From assembly GCA_964555185.1 (NCBI GenBank), contig CAZKRD010000005.1, forward strand, positions 1-54,576: 54,576 bases of DNA, given 5' to 3'. Shown in pieces: positions 17,716-26,405 of the stretch. The first letter of the stretch is position 1. The number at the start of each line of letters is the position of its first letter. The notes under the pieces were generated by a model. It was not told the origin of the DNA, did not search any database, and was given only the letters and a program-made list of their open reading frames with translations. The translations under genes were made by a program, and so were the position numbers. The DNA is from an uncultured Candidatus Saccharibacteria bacterium (GTDB taxonomy: Bacteria; Patescibacteriota; JAQUNI01).

Positions 17716-17765
17716 TTGACAAGGTAATGATATTTGTTTTATACTAAAATATTCATAGTAAGATA
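17716..17765 (+). promoter_or_regulatory. Sigma70-like promoter followed by a third operator half-site
   Basis: TTGACA (17716-17721), 18-nt spacer, TATACT (17740-17745). AGTAAGATA recurs at 17757-17765, just downstream of the -10 box. Confidence 0.4.
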
Positions 17766-17879
17766 ATTAAATTGTCCTTTATATATACCTAAAACCTATA
17801 CAAAGGAGGTTGAGTAAGTTGTTGGACTAAGGCTTGGCACAAAACATATTATTTAGAAGTGAGAAAGGAGAGATGGATT

Positions 17880-19418
17880 GTGAATAAAGTATTTTTCATG
17901 ACCCCTGGCGATGCTCGACCAACCGCAAATGTTTTTTGGATGGGAAAGCACCAAAGCATTATTCCAAAGGTGGAGGGCATCTTTCGGGATTTAGGGTTTG
18001 AGCCGGTGTGGCTACACAATAATGAAGTTGCTATCAGCTCACCTTTTATGGCCAAAGCCTGCGGAGAAGCACTGTTAAGAAAGGCAGGAAATGGAGACAT
18101 CCTCGTTCCATTGACTACGGGCTGGAATTTTCCTGAGTACTGCGGAATAGTTTTAACCATGGCTCAAGACATGATCAAAAGCGGCCAGTTAAAAGTGATC
18201 CATGTTTGTAACATGGAAGAAACGGCGCCAGGTTATGTTGGACAAAGGGCGAATGTGTTAATCTGCGAGATTATGGAATTGCCTTATCATAGTCTTACTG
18301 TGCTTGGGCAAACCTCTGAATGGTGGGAAGAATTCAAAGAAGATCTCAGAGCTGTGATAGATGATACTTATACTCTAGAGATTCCTAAGGCAAAGGTAGT
18401 GGTAGAGTCGGAACATCGTAAGATAGCAGAGGAGGCAATCAAATTTTTGCGAAAATCAGGCGGCATTGTCCCTCTGTTTAATGTTGCAAGTATGACCATG
18501 GCGCAGGGCTGGCCAAACTATCCCTTGTTCAAATTACTGGGCCTGACTCCAATATTTATTGGTTCCAATCAGTTCTCTTCAGATATGAATGCTGTGGCGG
18601 GAGCGGATGTACAATGGGCTTATAGTTGGCTCAAAGATCATGGCCTTAATTTCGTCTATGAGTCTGGTGGTTTGTGCGAGGATGAAATATTTAGTGCTCT
18701 GCAAATGTATTTAGCCAAGCTCGCATATTGGAAGCTTGGCGCAATTGGTATGGGCACGCAAGGCCAGATGGATATGACCAAGTTTGGAGTTGCGACTGAT
18801 CTTTCCGAGGCTCTAATGATGACAAGCTTGAGCCCTGGAAAGATTGTACCCGTTATTGATGTTACGGAAGCAGACTGCGAGGCCTTATGGACGTCGCTCT
18901 TGATGCAGGCGATCATTTATATAAAGACCGGCAAGTGGGTGGCGATTGGCTTCCATGACATGCGCCACTATGATGTGTTAAGAGATCTACTGATTCTACT
19001 TAACTCAGGCGCTCTAGCTTTTGATTTCCTTTGCGATGAGCCAGGGGATTACTCTGATATCTTCATCGTTTCCCAAGATAGAGAAGTCTATTTTCTAAAC
19101 GGTGGTGGTTGTGTTAAAGGGAATATGCGTCCAGTTGAAAGAGCTAACCTTCTCCGAGTTCATGGTAGAGGAGCAGGCTACAAAATGCTTGCAAGCGTGT
19201 TTGACATCTTAAGCCTTACCTGGGCAGAACGTGAAAATCGTTATAGTAAACTTGATGCTTGGCCTATGGGCACATCTCGAGTTCCTGGTGACAAGACTAG
19301 GATTGTCACTCTTAAGTGGGTTCCTAATCACGGCCAACACTGCAACGAGTATATCCTTCCTGAGATTGCGGCAGCTTGTGAGATTCTAGGCGTACCATTC
19401 CATTGCTTCTCTGCCTGA
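17880..19418 (+). CDS. Hypothetical protein, possibly an L-fucose/L-arabinose-isomerase-like sugar isomerase
   Basis: SD AAGGAG (17865-17870) lies 9 nt before GTG 17880. There is weak resemblance to the fucose/arabinose isomerase family (EADCEAL segment, C-terminal HG...NH...LGVP pattern). The function call has low confidence. Confidence 0.4.
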   Translation: MNKVFFMTPGDARPTANVFWMGKHQSIIPKVEGIFRDLGFEPVWLHNNEVAISSPFMAKACGEALLRKAGNGDILVPLTTGWNFPEYCGIVLTMAQDMIKSGQLKVIHVCNMEETAPGYVGQRANVLICEIMELPYHSLTVLGQTSEWWEEFKEDLRAVIDDTYTLEIPKAKVVVESEHRKIAEEAIKFLRKSGGIVPLFNVASMTMAQGWPNYPLFKLLGLTPIFIGSNQFSSDMNAVAGADVQWAYSWLKDHGLNFVYESGGLCEDEIFSALQMYLAKLAYWKLGAIGMGTQGQMDMTKFGVATDLSEALMMTSLSPGKIVPVIDVTEADCEALWTSLLMQAIIYIKTGKWVAIGFHDMRHYDVLRDLLILLNSGALAFDFLCDEPGDYSDIFIVSQDREVYFLNGGGCVKGNMRPVERANLLRVHGRGAGYKMLASVFDILSLTWAERENRYSKLDAWPMGTSRVPGDKTRIVTLKWVPNHGQHCNEYILPEIAAACEILGVPFHCFSA

Positions 19419-19447
19419 AAAACTCTTCACTAAAAGTTGTATTTTAT

Positions 19448-19477
19448 GCCAGGACAGTTTAATTCCTGGCTTTTTTT
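19448..19477 (+). terminator. Rho-independent terminator
   Basis: GCCAGGA (19448-19454) and TCCTGGC (19464-19470) form the stem, followed by T7. Confidence 0.75.
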
Positions 19478-19546
19478 ATTTCTTTTTTCAGAATAATGTG
19501 TTAAAATAGAAGAAAGTTAAGTTTTTCAAAAAATCAAAACCAAAAT

Positions 19547-20809
19547 ATGCCAGCGCAAAATTATCAACAAGCCGCTCCCAAGAAAAAGAGAACTTGGAAA
19601 TTTTGGACCTGCTTGGGCTGTTCTATTCCAGTCGTCCTAATTATCCTCACCCTTGTTACTTTGGTTGTGATTGGTATTTTTAATTCCCAGGATCCTCCTA
19701 CAAAAGACCCTCCCACTAAGAAAACCCCTATTCCTCAAGGAAACAAAGAGGAAGTAGAGCAGGAGATTGGTGGAGCAAGAAGGTTTTCAATAGAGGGGAG
19801 CTATACACTGACAAACTATGGGTCATACGGCGCTTCGCCAGTTTTAGCCTGGATGGCTATAATTCAGGATCATGAGCCTTATCAAAGAATTATTTCCCAA
19901 AGCATTAGTCCAGCCGGTTATGAGATTGTTACGGATGAGCATGGCAATAAATACGCCGCGTTTGAAATTGAGAGCTTGCCTCCGGGAGGCGCGATGGAAT
20001 TTAAAACCACTTATGAAGTAGAAACCAACGAGGTAAGGAATTATTATGGCAACTGTCTGGGCGAGTCAATTGCCTATTATTTAGCGCCAGAGGTGCATCT
20101 TGAATCAGATAATGCAGGGATCAAGACTGTGGCCCAAAATACTGCTCAAAGCGCGACTAATGATTGCGAGAAGGCGTTTGCTTTGTATAATTATGTCGCG
20201 GAGAATATTACCTATGTGGGAGATTTAGGCGAGGGCCGGGGTGCTTTGACTACTTTGGCAGAGAAACAGGGGGACTGCACAGACTATTCGGATTTGTACG
20301 TGGCTTTGATGCGCGCGGAAGGGGTTCCGGCACGTTTTGTCGAAGGAGTTACCTACAATTCAGACCCCGAAAATGTTCAGGACTTAAAGCATGATTGGAG
20401 TGAAATTTATCTGCCGAGCACAGGTTGGACGCCGGTTGATCCTACTTGGGGCAAGGAGAAATATAATCGGGCGATGCAGTTCTCCCGCGCGGACGGGATC
20501 CATATTATTTTAACCCGCGGCAGGAATCTGGAAATTTTAAATAATGCCCACTATTTTTCCAGCAAGTGGTGGGGCCAGGGAGGACAAGCTGATATTGATT
20601 TAGGAGAGTATTGGCACGTGATTGCCGCAGAACAAGCATACCGAGATCACGATTGGGATTTTGACTGGTTTGCTTTGCATTGGCTGGCAATCGAGAAAAC
20701 AGAAGAAGGTTTGGCGAACCTAAGGGAGAGCATTTCCTCGAAAGGCTTAATTGATTTTTTGATCTCGCGGCCGGCAATTGAGGAGCTGAGAGAACATTTG
20801 TTAAAATAA
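19547..20809 (+). CDS. Transglutaminase-like (Cys-His-Asp) domain membrane protein
   Basis: N-terminal TM. QGDCTDYSDLYVALMRAEGVPARFVEG ... HDWSEIYLPSTGWTPVDPT. Confidence 0.8.
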   Translation: MPAQNYQQAAPKKKRTWKFWTCLGCSIPVVLIILTLVTLVVIGIFNSQDPPTKDPPTKKTPIPQGNKEEVEQEIGGARRFSIEGSYTLTNYGSYGASPVLAWMAIIQDHEPYQRIISQSISPAGYEIVTDEHGNKYAAFEIESLPPGGAMEFKTTYEVETNEVRNYYGNCLGESIAYYLAPEVHLESDNAGIKTVAQNTAQSATNDCEKAFALYNYVAENITYVGDLGEGRGALTTLAEKQGDCTDYSDLYVALMRAEGVPARFVEGVTYNSDPENVQDLKHDWSEIYLPSTGWTPVDPTWGKEKYNRAMQFSRADGIHIILTRGRNLEILNNAHYFSSKWWGQGGQADIDLGEYWHVIAAEQAYRDHDWDFDWFALHWLAIEKTEEGLANLRESISSKGLIDFLISRPAIEELREHLLK

Positions 20810-20821
20810 ATTTTAGTCGAC

Positions 20822-20858
20822 AAAAAAATACCCTAAAATTATCTTTCGGGTATTTTTG
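20822..20858. terminator. Bidirectional terminator
   Basis: ATACCC (20828-20833) and GGGTAT (20848-20853) form the stem, flanked by an A-run and a T-run between convergent genes. Confidence 0.6.
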
Positions 20859-20885
20859 TTTTCTGAAAATTTTCCGGTTTTGATT

Positions 20886-21434
20886 TTAAGGCCGGTAGGG
20901 ATAGCGCCTGCCTTTTGCATAGTTTACGTATTCAGCAATAATTTTTTTTATTCTCTGGGGACGGGGGAGATATTTGAAGTGAAAGATGTTGGTTGCGCCC
21001 GCGCTTTGAATTTCGATGTTGCCGTAGTGCAGGAAGGTGGCCAGAAGCCCAAAGATCCGCACCGAACTGTCCTCAATGTTTCTAAGGGCGATCTCGTCGG
21101 TGTTGTGGCGGAAAAAGCCCTTTTGTTCGTTTTCAATAATTCTTTTGGTTGTTATTGCTACTGTGTTTAAGGTATAGATCAGAATATTGTAAAAAGCGGC
21201 ATTCCATAAGATTAAGAAATAGACAGCGCTGCCAAAACGATACAGGGCGGCAAAACCGGGATACCAGTCTGCGCCTTTGATCAAGAAATAAACGACAAAA
21301 GGGGCGAGGGCAAAGAGGGCAACAAAAAACATCGGGACGAACAGCCTGATCCAGTGCTTGCGCGTGATCAGGATTGTTTGTTCATCCGGCCTTTGGTTGG
21401 GGAAAGTGTTTCCTGAACTTGTAAAGATAGACAT
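20886..21434 (-). CDS. Membrane protein with YdbS/YdbT-like bacterial PH domain
   Basis: DEQTILITRKHWIRLFVPMFF, then two TMs, then a C-terminal beta-rich domain (IEIQSAGATNIFHFKYLPRPQ). Confidence 0.5.
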   Translation of the reverse strand: MSIFTSSGNTFPNQRPDEQTILITRKHWIRLFVPMFFVALFALAPFVVYFLIKGADWYPGFAALYRFGSAVYFLILWNAAFYNILIYTLNTVAITTKRIIENEQKGFFRHNTDEIALRNIEDSSVRIFGLLATFLHYGNIEIQSAGATNIFHFKYLPRPQRIKKIIAEYVNYAKGRRYPYRP

Positions 21435-21436
21435 TT

Positions 21437-21691
21437 TTAGTAGGGCAGCGAGCCGTTAGAAAAGACTTCCTTCCAGTTGACTTGGGCATAGGTGCTGATC
21501 GCGATCGCGAAAAGCACGATTGAGCCGATAAAGAAAACTAGAGCCAAAGTCTTGGGCTTGGTCCCGATTCCAAAACGGATCAAGTGGTAAATAATCGAGA
21601 AGGCATACCAAAGATAGAGGACAAGGATCACAAAAAACACGACCAAGACTACGCCCGAACTATTATTGAAAAATAATGAAATGCCGTTCAT
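21437..21691 (-). CDS. Small membrane protein (84 aa)
   Basis: Two or three hydrophobic helices. It ends 3 nt upstream of the next gene on the same strand. Confidence 0.5.
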   Translation of the reverse strand: MNGISLFFNNSSGVVLVVFFVILVLYLWYAFSIIYHLIRFGIGTKPKTLALVFFIGSIVLFAIAISTYAQVNWKEVFSNGSLPY

Positions 21692-21825
21692 AAGGTTTTT
21701 ATCACTTGATTTTATATTATAAGATTTTTCAAGATTTCACAAGGAAGGTGTCGATTTTACAAAAATGTGTTAAAATAAAATTGGGCTTTTAAGAGATTTT
21801 AGATTAAGAAGGGAAATGAGAATTT

Positions 21826-21880
21826 GTAGGGGCGCGCTCCACCTTCGCTCATGAGCTTTAGCGGACAGGCATGGCGCGCC
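21826..21880 (+). repeat. GC-rich element (family B start plus family C core)
   Basis: It starts GTAGGGGC, as does the truB insert. GGCGCGC (21831-21837) and GCGCGCC (21874-21880) form a stem. The enclosed CCACCTTCGCTCATGAGCTTTAGCGGACAGGC (21839-21870) matches 47215-47246 at 28/32 positions. Confidence 0.65.
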
Positions 21881-21902
21881 TGATTGTGGGGACTATAATT
21901 TT

Positions 21903-22208
21903 ATGTTTGATTTCAAAGAGCTTCAAAAGGAAATTTACAAAAATAAAGTTGCCAAGAAATTTAATGTTACGGATGTTCCTTTAGAGTTTTCCTATACCTA
22001 CGGTGAATTGGCCGAAGCCTTTGATGCTTATCTTCAGAAGAAACCAGATCTAGGCGAGGAATTAGCTGATGTTGTAATCTATATTTTAGGTTTAGCTGAG
22101 ATTTTAAAGATTGATTTAGAAAAAGAAATTTTAAAGAAAGTTGATAAGAATAAAAGGAGAAAATTTCAAATAGTGAAAGGAGTGCGGGTTTGTGTTAAAG
22201 GGAAATGA
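21903..22208 (+). CDS. MazG-like nucleotide pyrophosphohydrolase
   Basis: YGELAEAFDAY...LGEELADVVIYILGLAEILKIDLEKEILKKVDKNKRR. Confidence 0.8.
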   Translation: MFDFKELQKEIYKNKVAKKFNVTDVPLEFSYTYGELAEAFDAYLQKKPDLGEELADVVIYILGLAEILKIDLEKEILKKVDKNKRRKFQIVKGVRVCVKGK

Positions 22209-22276
22209 GAAGAATAGTATTATGAAGATTTAATCTATCACTTATATTTTAAGTAATAAAAAAAGGACGCTTAATT

Positions 22277-22630
22277 TTAGGCGTCCGTTTGAGTCTTTTT
22301 AAGGAACCATTCTATCGCTTCGCGCGCAAGCTCAATAGCCTTTCCTATATATTCAGAAGCTTTATCATATTCTTTGCTTTGAATATATGCTTTTGCGAGG
22401 CTTATAGCGCCTAGTATGCTACTGATTTTGTTGTTGAAATCATTGAGGTCCATATCCTCTGGCTTGAATTTCAACATTCCATTTTCAGCAAAAGGCTCCA
22501 TAGCCTCATTGAGGCTTGCGATCGCTTTGTCATATTCTTCAGCTTGAATATGTAGCTTAGCCGAAGTCAAGTGACCTACGATAAAAGTTACTTGTTCTTC
22601 GAATGTTTGAGGCTCTGACATTTTTGACAT
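22277..22630 (-). CDS. Hypothetical helical protein with an internal duplication
   Basis: AKLHIQAEEYDKAIASLNEAME and AKAYIQSKEYDKASEYIGKAIE are related repeats. Confidence 0.55.
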   Translation of the reverse strand: MSKMSEPQTFEEQVTFIVGHLTSAKLHIQAEEYDKAIASLNEAMEPFAENGMLKFKPEDMDLNDFNNKISSILGAISLAKAYIQSKEYDKASEYIGKAIELAREAIEWFLKKTQTDA

Positions 22631-22803
22631 TTTTTCTCCTCTGCCGCCATTTCCTTTTTTTGTTTGGGGTTAATGAAAAGGTGCCACCCCTTGCCCCAAG
22701 ATTTATACTTTATCACATTTATGGAAATAAGTCAAGGATAGGATTTTGCGCCTTTTTTTGGTTTAGTTTATACTGAAGATAAGATATTATAATTATTTGA
22801 GTC

Positions 22804-23463
22804 ATGCAAAAAATCGTTCCTGTTAGGAAAATACCCGGCTTTTCTACTTATGATCTAATTCGGATTTTTAAGAAAAGAACTGGTTTTTCGGGAAAGATTG
22901 GTCACGGCGGCACATTAGACCCTTTTGCTTCTGGGGTTGTTTTGTTATTATTAGGAGAGGCAACCAGGAAGTTTGAAACAATTAAAGGATGGGAAAAGAC
23001 ATATTTAGCCGGCATCAGACTTGGCGCTTCTTCTTCCACGCAAGACGTGGAGGGCGAGATCGTAGGGGCAGGTCTTGTGCCTGCCCGATTACGGGCGACC
23101 ACAAGGGTCGCCCCTACAGAAATCACGATAGGGAAGATCAAAAAAATCCTAAAACAATTTCAAGGCGAGATTAATCAAAAAGTTCCTCCTTATTCTGCGG
23201 CAAAGCACCACGGCCAGCCGCTTTACAAATTAGCTAGAAAAGGTAAAATGATTAGTAAAACTAAAAAGGTAACAATTAAGGAAATAAAACTAGTTGCTTA
23301 CAAGTGGCCGCTTTTAACAATCAGGGTTACGACCTTAGGTGGAACCTACATCCGTCAATTAGCTTTAGATATATCTCAAAAACTTGGCACATCTGGTTTT
23401 CTATATTTTTTGGAAAGAGAAAGAGTAGGGAAGTACAAAATTTCTGACTGTTCTTTGAAATAA
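22804..23463 (+). CDS. truB: tRNA pseudouridine-55 synthase, short form without PUA domain
   Basis: GHGGTLDPFASGVVLLLLGEATR (catalytic Asp motif) and QKVPPYSAAKHHGQPLYKLARKG. Confidence 0.9.
   Translation: MQKIVPVRKIPGFSTYDLIRIFKKRTGFSGKIGHGGTLDPFASGVVLLLLGEATRKFETIKGWEKTYLAGIRLGASSSTQDVEGEIVGAGLVPARLRATTRVAPTEITIGKIKKILKQFQGEINQKVPPYSAAKHHGQPLYKLARKGKMISKTKKVTIKEIKLVAYKWPLLTIRVTTLGGTYIRQLALDISQKLGTSGFLYFLERERVGKYKISDCSLK
23062..23118 (+). repeat. 57-nt GC-rich nested-palindrome element in frame inside truB (family B)
   Basis: GTAGGGG...CCCCTAC outer arms. Hairpins GGGCAGG/CCTGCCC (23066-23072/23080-23086) and GGGCGACC/GGTCGCCC (23093-23100/23106-23113). Encodes VGAGLVPARLRATTRVAPT. Confidence 0.65.
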
Positions 23464-23512
23464 TTTTGAAAGTCTTTGATTTTAAACTTGCAACCTTGAG
23501 GAGGTGAGAACA

Positions 23513-25060
23513 TTGGGTGGGGTGGTTGTAACAAAAGTTGTTGTTAAAGAAGATACAGGGCAGGACAGGGGGAAAGAAAAGAAACCCAGACTTTCCTGTA
23601 ATTTTCATGGGTTGGATGATGATAGGGTACCAAGAAGTTTAAAACAGAAAATAGCGGCTGTGTGTGACGATATCATCGAATTTGCTGGTTTAAACTTATC
23701 CCAGATAGAGGAGATGGGCATACCTATAGATGATGTCAGGGCTCTTGGGCAGATTAGTTTATGTTTATACAGGATGGGCAAACGGGGGATTAGTTTTATC
23801 AGAAATTCCGGAAGATTATCAACCAATAGAGAGGAAGTTAATAGAGGAGAAGGCGCGGCGGCGATAAGAACGCAAGTACTGCGTAGAAAAAGGAGAGATC
23901 AGCCAGTAAGCGTATATTTTAAGCCGTCTTCTGATGATGGAGAGGGGGAATTGCCGCAGGATGAATTATTAAGCGTGAGAGAGGCTCTCGGAGAATCTAC
24001 TATTAGTCCAGAAGAGCTTGGGTTAGTGAATACATCCTCATTAAAACTTTCTGCACCAGAAGAAGTGACGGTTCTGGATAAGTCTTTATTATTAGTATCA
24101 GATTCGGATCCAGATCATTTGGGAGAAGATGAAGCCGTTAATTTGCCAAAAGAAGAGACTTTGCCGCCAGAGGCGAGTCTTCCGGTTTATGAGCAACCAG
24201 TATGTGTTGAAATCAATCAAAGAGAGGTGGATATAATGGAGGCAACAGAAGAGGAAGGAGAAGAGACGGTTGCGGGAGATAAATATTCTTTGGATAATGT
24301 AAGTGGTAATAGAACCAAAGAGCTATTGAGAATCGCCCTCGGAGCAGATATAAGTCTTTGGGATCTTGCTGAAATGATTGATCAAGGCAGATCAGCAGAG
24401 ATTCTAAAAGCACTCAAGGGATCAAGCAAGGTTGTGTCCGGCCAGTCTGTTGCATCGTTGAATAATGCATTAAAATCTGCTGGGTTGAGTGTCATACCGA
24501 GTACTAAGATTTTAAGGAGAAGCGAAATCAGCACAGCAGAAGATCCGATATCAGCGCTTGATTCAAGAATTCAGGCAGGACTACATCATGAGTTTACTGA
24601 TAACGTGACCCTTAAGCAGATTTCAGATGCTGGTCAAAACCTTGAGAGTGCCCAGAAGATTTGGGGTGCGTTCACAGTGGATCATCATTTTCGGGCTGGT
24701 GCATTCAGAGCTTTCAACCAAGCATTAGACAATGCTGATTTAGCTAAGATCCGCTCCAAGAAGGAGCTTTTGGCCGAAGTTTCAACTCCGTCTTCGTCTG
24801 GCGAACCTCAAGCTAATGATGATATTATGAAGAATGTAGCAGGAATGGTTGCTAATATTGTGAGGAAGGCACAAGAGCAGACAAGAGAGATGGTTGAGGA
24901 AACAATCAAAAGCATGCTTGATCCTGTGGTTTCAGAGCTGAGGGATGCATTGGAACGAGCGCAGAGAGTTGGCGATCTCACAAAAGAGCTTGTCGAGATT
25001 TCAGTCGAGATTCATGCCATATTAGAGAAGCTTGGTCCAGCTGCAGAAGCGGCAGAGTGA
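23513..25060 (+). CDS. Hypothetical acidic protein (about 515 aa)
   Basis: GGAGG (23500-23504) lies 8 nt before TTG 23513. The listed GTG 23504 overlaps the SD. No family recognised. The gene is more GC-rich than the flanks. Confidence 0.55.
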   Translation: MGGVVVTKVVVKEDTGQDRGKEKKPRLSCNFHGLDDDRVPRSLKQKIAAVCDDIIEFAGLNLSQIEEMGIPIDDVRALGQISLCLYRMGKRGISFIRNSGRLSTNREEVNRGEGAAAIRTQVLRRKRRDQPVSVYFKPSSDDGEGELPQDELLSVREALGESTISPEELGLVNTSSLKLSAPEEVTVLDKSLLLVSDSDPDHLGEDEAVNLPKEETLPPEASLPVYEQPVCVEINQREVDIMEATEEEGEETVAGDKYSLDNVSGNRTKELLRIALGADISLWDLAEMIDQGRSAEILKALKGSSKVVSGQSVASLNNALKSAGLSVIPSTKILRRSEISTAEDPISALDSRIQAGLHHEFTDNVTLKQISDAGQNLESAQKIWGAFTVDHHFRAGAFRAFNQALDNADLAKIRSKKELLAEVSTPSSSGEPQANDDIMKNVAGMVANIVRKAQEQTREMVEETIKSMLDPVVSELRDALERAQRVGDLTKELVEISVEIHAILEKLGPAAEAAE

Positions 25061-25119
25061 CGGCGAAAGGTCGCAAATTACAGAGAGGCTTTAAAGGATC
25101 TTGACATGTAATAATCTCC

Positions 25120-25152
25120 GGCGGCAAGAAATATAAAAATGCCGCCTTTTTT
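25120..25152 (+). terminator. Rho-independent terminator
   Basis: GGCGGCA (25120-25126) and TGCCGCC (25140-25146) form the stem, followed by T6. Confidence 0.7.
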
Positions 25153-25175
25153 AATTCAACCTGTCACTTATTGAC

Positions 25176-25231
25176 GAGATTGCTTCGTCGGCTCTCTCTC
25201 GATGAACTCGGGATCGCTCCTCGCAATGACA
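25176..25231 (-). repeat. GC-rich repeat family A, intergenic copy
   Basis: The minus strand reads TGTCATTGCGAGGAGCGATCCCGAGTTCATCGAGAGAGAGCCGACGAAGCAATCTC. It shares both termini with 50141-50215. Confidence 0.65.
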
Positions 25232-25242
25232 TTGAATCTTTT

Positions 25243-25270
25243 TTGACGGATCTATATTTTGTGCTATGAT
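25243..25270 (+). promoter_or_regulatory. Sigma70-like promoter
   Basis: TTGACG (25243-25248), 16-nt spacer, TATGAT (25265-25270). This implies a leader of about 105 nt before ATG 25383. Confidence 0.35.
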
Positions 25271-25382
25271 TATAAGCTGTTCTTTGTGATTATATATATC
25301 TAGAAATGAGGAGGTGATGCAGTTCTCAGGTTCCCTTATAAGGAAGATTACAGAATAACCATTGAATAGAGGGAGGCAAAAG

Positions 25383-26315
25383 ATGAATGTACATGGCTAT
25401 AGCGAGAATGGTCTTGATTTCAAAACGGTCCTAACTGGAAATATTGTCATAGACATGTCAACAAATATGGGGCCAAGAATGTTGCGTCTATATTTTGATG
25501 GACGGGAGTATAATCCTCTTTTCGAGGACAAACGAGACGATGACCAGTGGCGGATTATGCGTGGACCGTGGCCAATTATCGGTGGCGGTCGGGTCTGGGT
25601 GCATCAGGGAGAAGAGACAGAAATTTGTTATGCTCCCGATACAGAGCCTTGCGATGTTAATGTCGCGGATGGAAGGATTGAAATTATTGGCGCTCCAGAC
25701 CCAATTTACAATATTCACAGGGGATTTCGAATAGCTGAGCGGGCAGGAGCGGAGAATGTTATTGACATCACCTTGTTTGCGAGAAATATTGGTGATATGG
25801 TTGCATATATGGGCCTTTGGGTTCTGACTTGCTTCAAGCAACCAGAGAATATATTCTTGATTCCTATTGGCGGTGGAACTGGCTTTCAGAAATTTGCATC
25901 CACAGTTTATACTAGGTGGGCGGGCCACAGCTCAAGGGTTGTTGATGATCAGTTTGGTCAAACAGATGATTTCGTGATTGTTAGCCCTCAAGGCCAAGAG
26001 GCAAAGCGTGCTTATACCGTTCCACAACGTTTTATGGTTTGTCAGTTTCGTAAAGGAGATTTCACAATCGTGAGAATATTTCCCTGGAAACCTGAACGTT
26101 GGGCAGATTACCCTGGTGGTCACAATGCGGCCGTCTATATCTCTCCAGGAGATGTGGGAGGGTCTGATGGTGGATTTGTCGAGTCAGAGATAATGGGTCC
26201 GGCTAGCCTAGTTCAGCCTGGCCAAGAAATTACACTCGATGAGACATGGGTGTTTCTAGATGGTGGCTTCAAAGGTAAAGATGATATTTTATCGGCGATA
26301 GAACCTTATCTCTAG
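25383..26315 (+). CDS. Hypothetical protein (310 aa), possibly mutarotase-like/DUF4380-like
   Basis: SD AGGGAGG lies 7 nt before ATG 25383. The composition is beta-rich. The family guess has low confidence. Confidence 0.5.
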   Translation: MNVHGYSENGLDFKTVLTGNIVIDMSTNMGPRMLRLYFDGREYNPLFEDKRDDDQWRIMRGPWPIIGGGRVWVHQGEETEICYAPDTEPCDVNVADGRIEIIGAPDPIYNIHRGFRIAERAGAENVIDITLFARNIGDMVAYMGLWVLTCFKQPENIFLIPIGGGTGFQKFASTVYTRWAGHSSRVVDDQFGQTDDFVIVSPQGQEAKRAYTVPQRFMVCQFRKGDFTIVRIFPWKPERWADYPGGHNAAVYISPGDVGGSDGGFVESEIMGPASLVQPGQEITLDETWVFLDGGFKGKDDILSAIEPYL

Positions 26316-26405
26316 ATTCTGTTTCCCCCAGTAGAAATACATAAAAACTGGGGATTTTTATTTTACCAAAGTTTAGGATATAATAAAGGTAAGAAAAGGA
26401 ACAAT

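Noticed and set aside
22780-22789. 10-mer TAAGATATTA upstream of truB, identical to part of the AbrB-type operator at 17638-17647
   Set aside because: A single AT-rich 10-mer match in 54 kb of AT-rich DNA is about what chance predicts, and it lacks the inverted-repeat partner.
25317-25358. 13-codon upstream ORF (MQFSGSLIRKITE) in the leader of 25383-26315
   Set aside because: The GGAGG lies only 2 nt from the ATG, which is too close for a functional SD. No attenuator-like alternative structures are evident.
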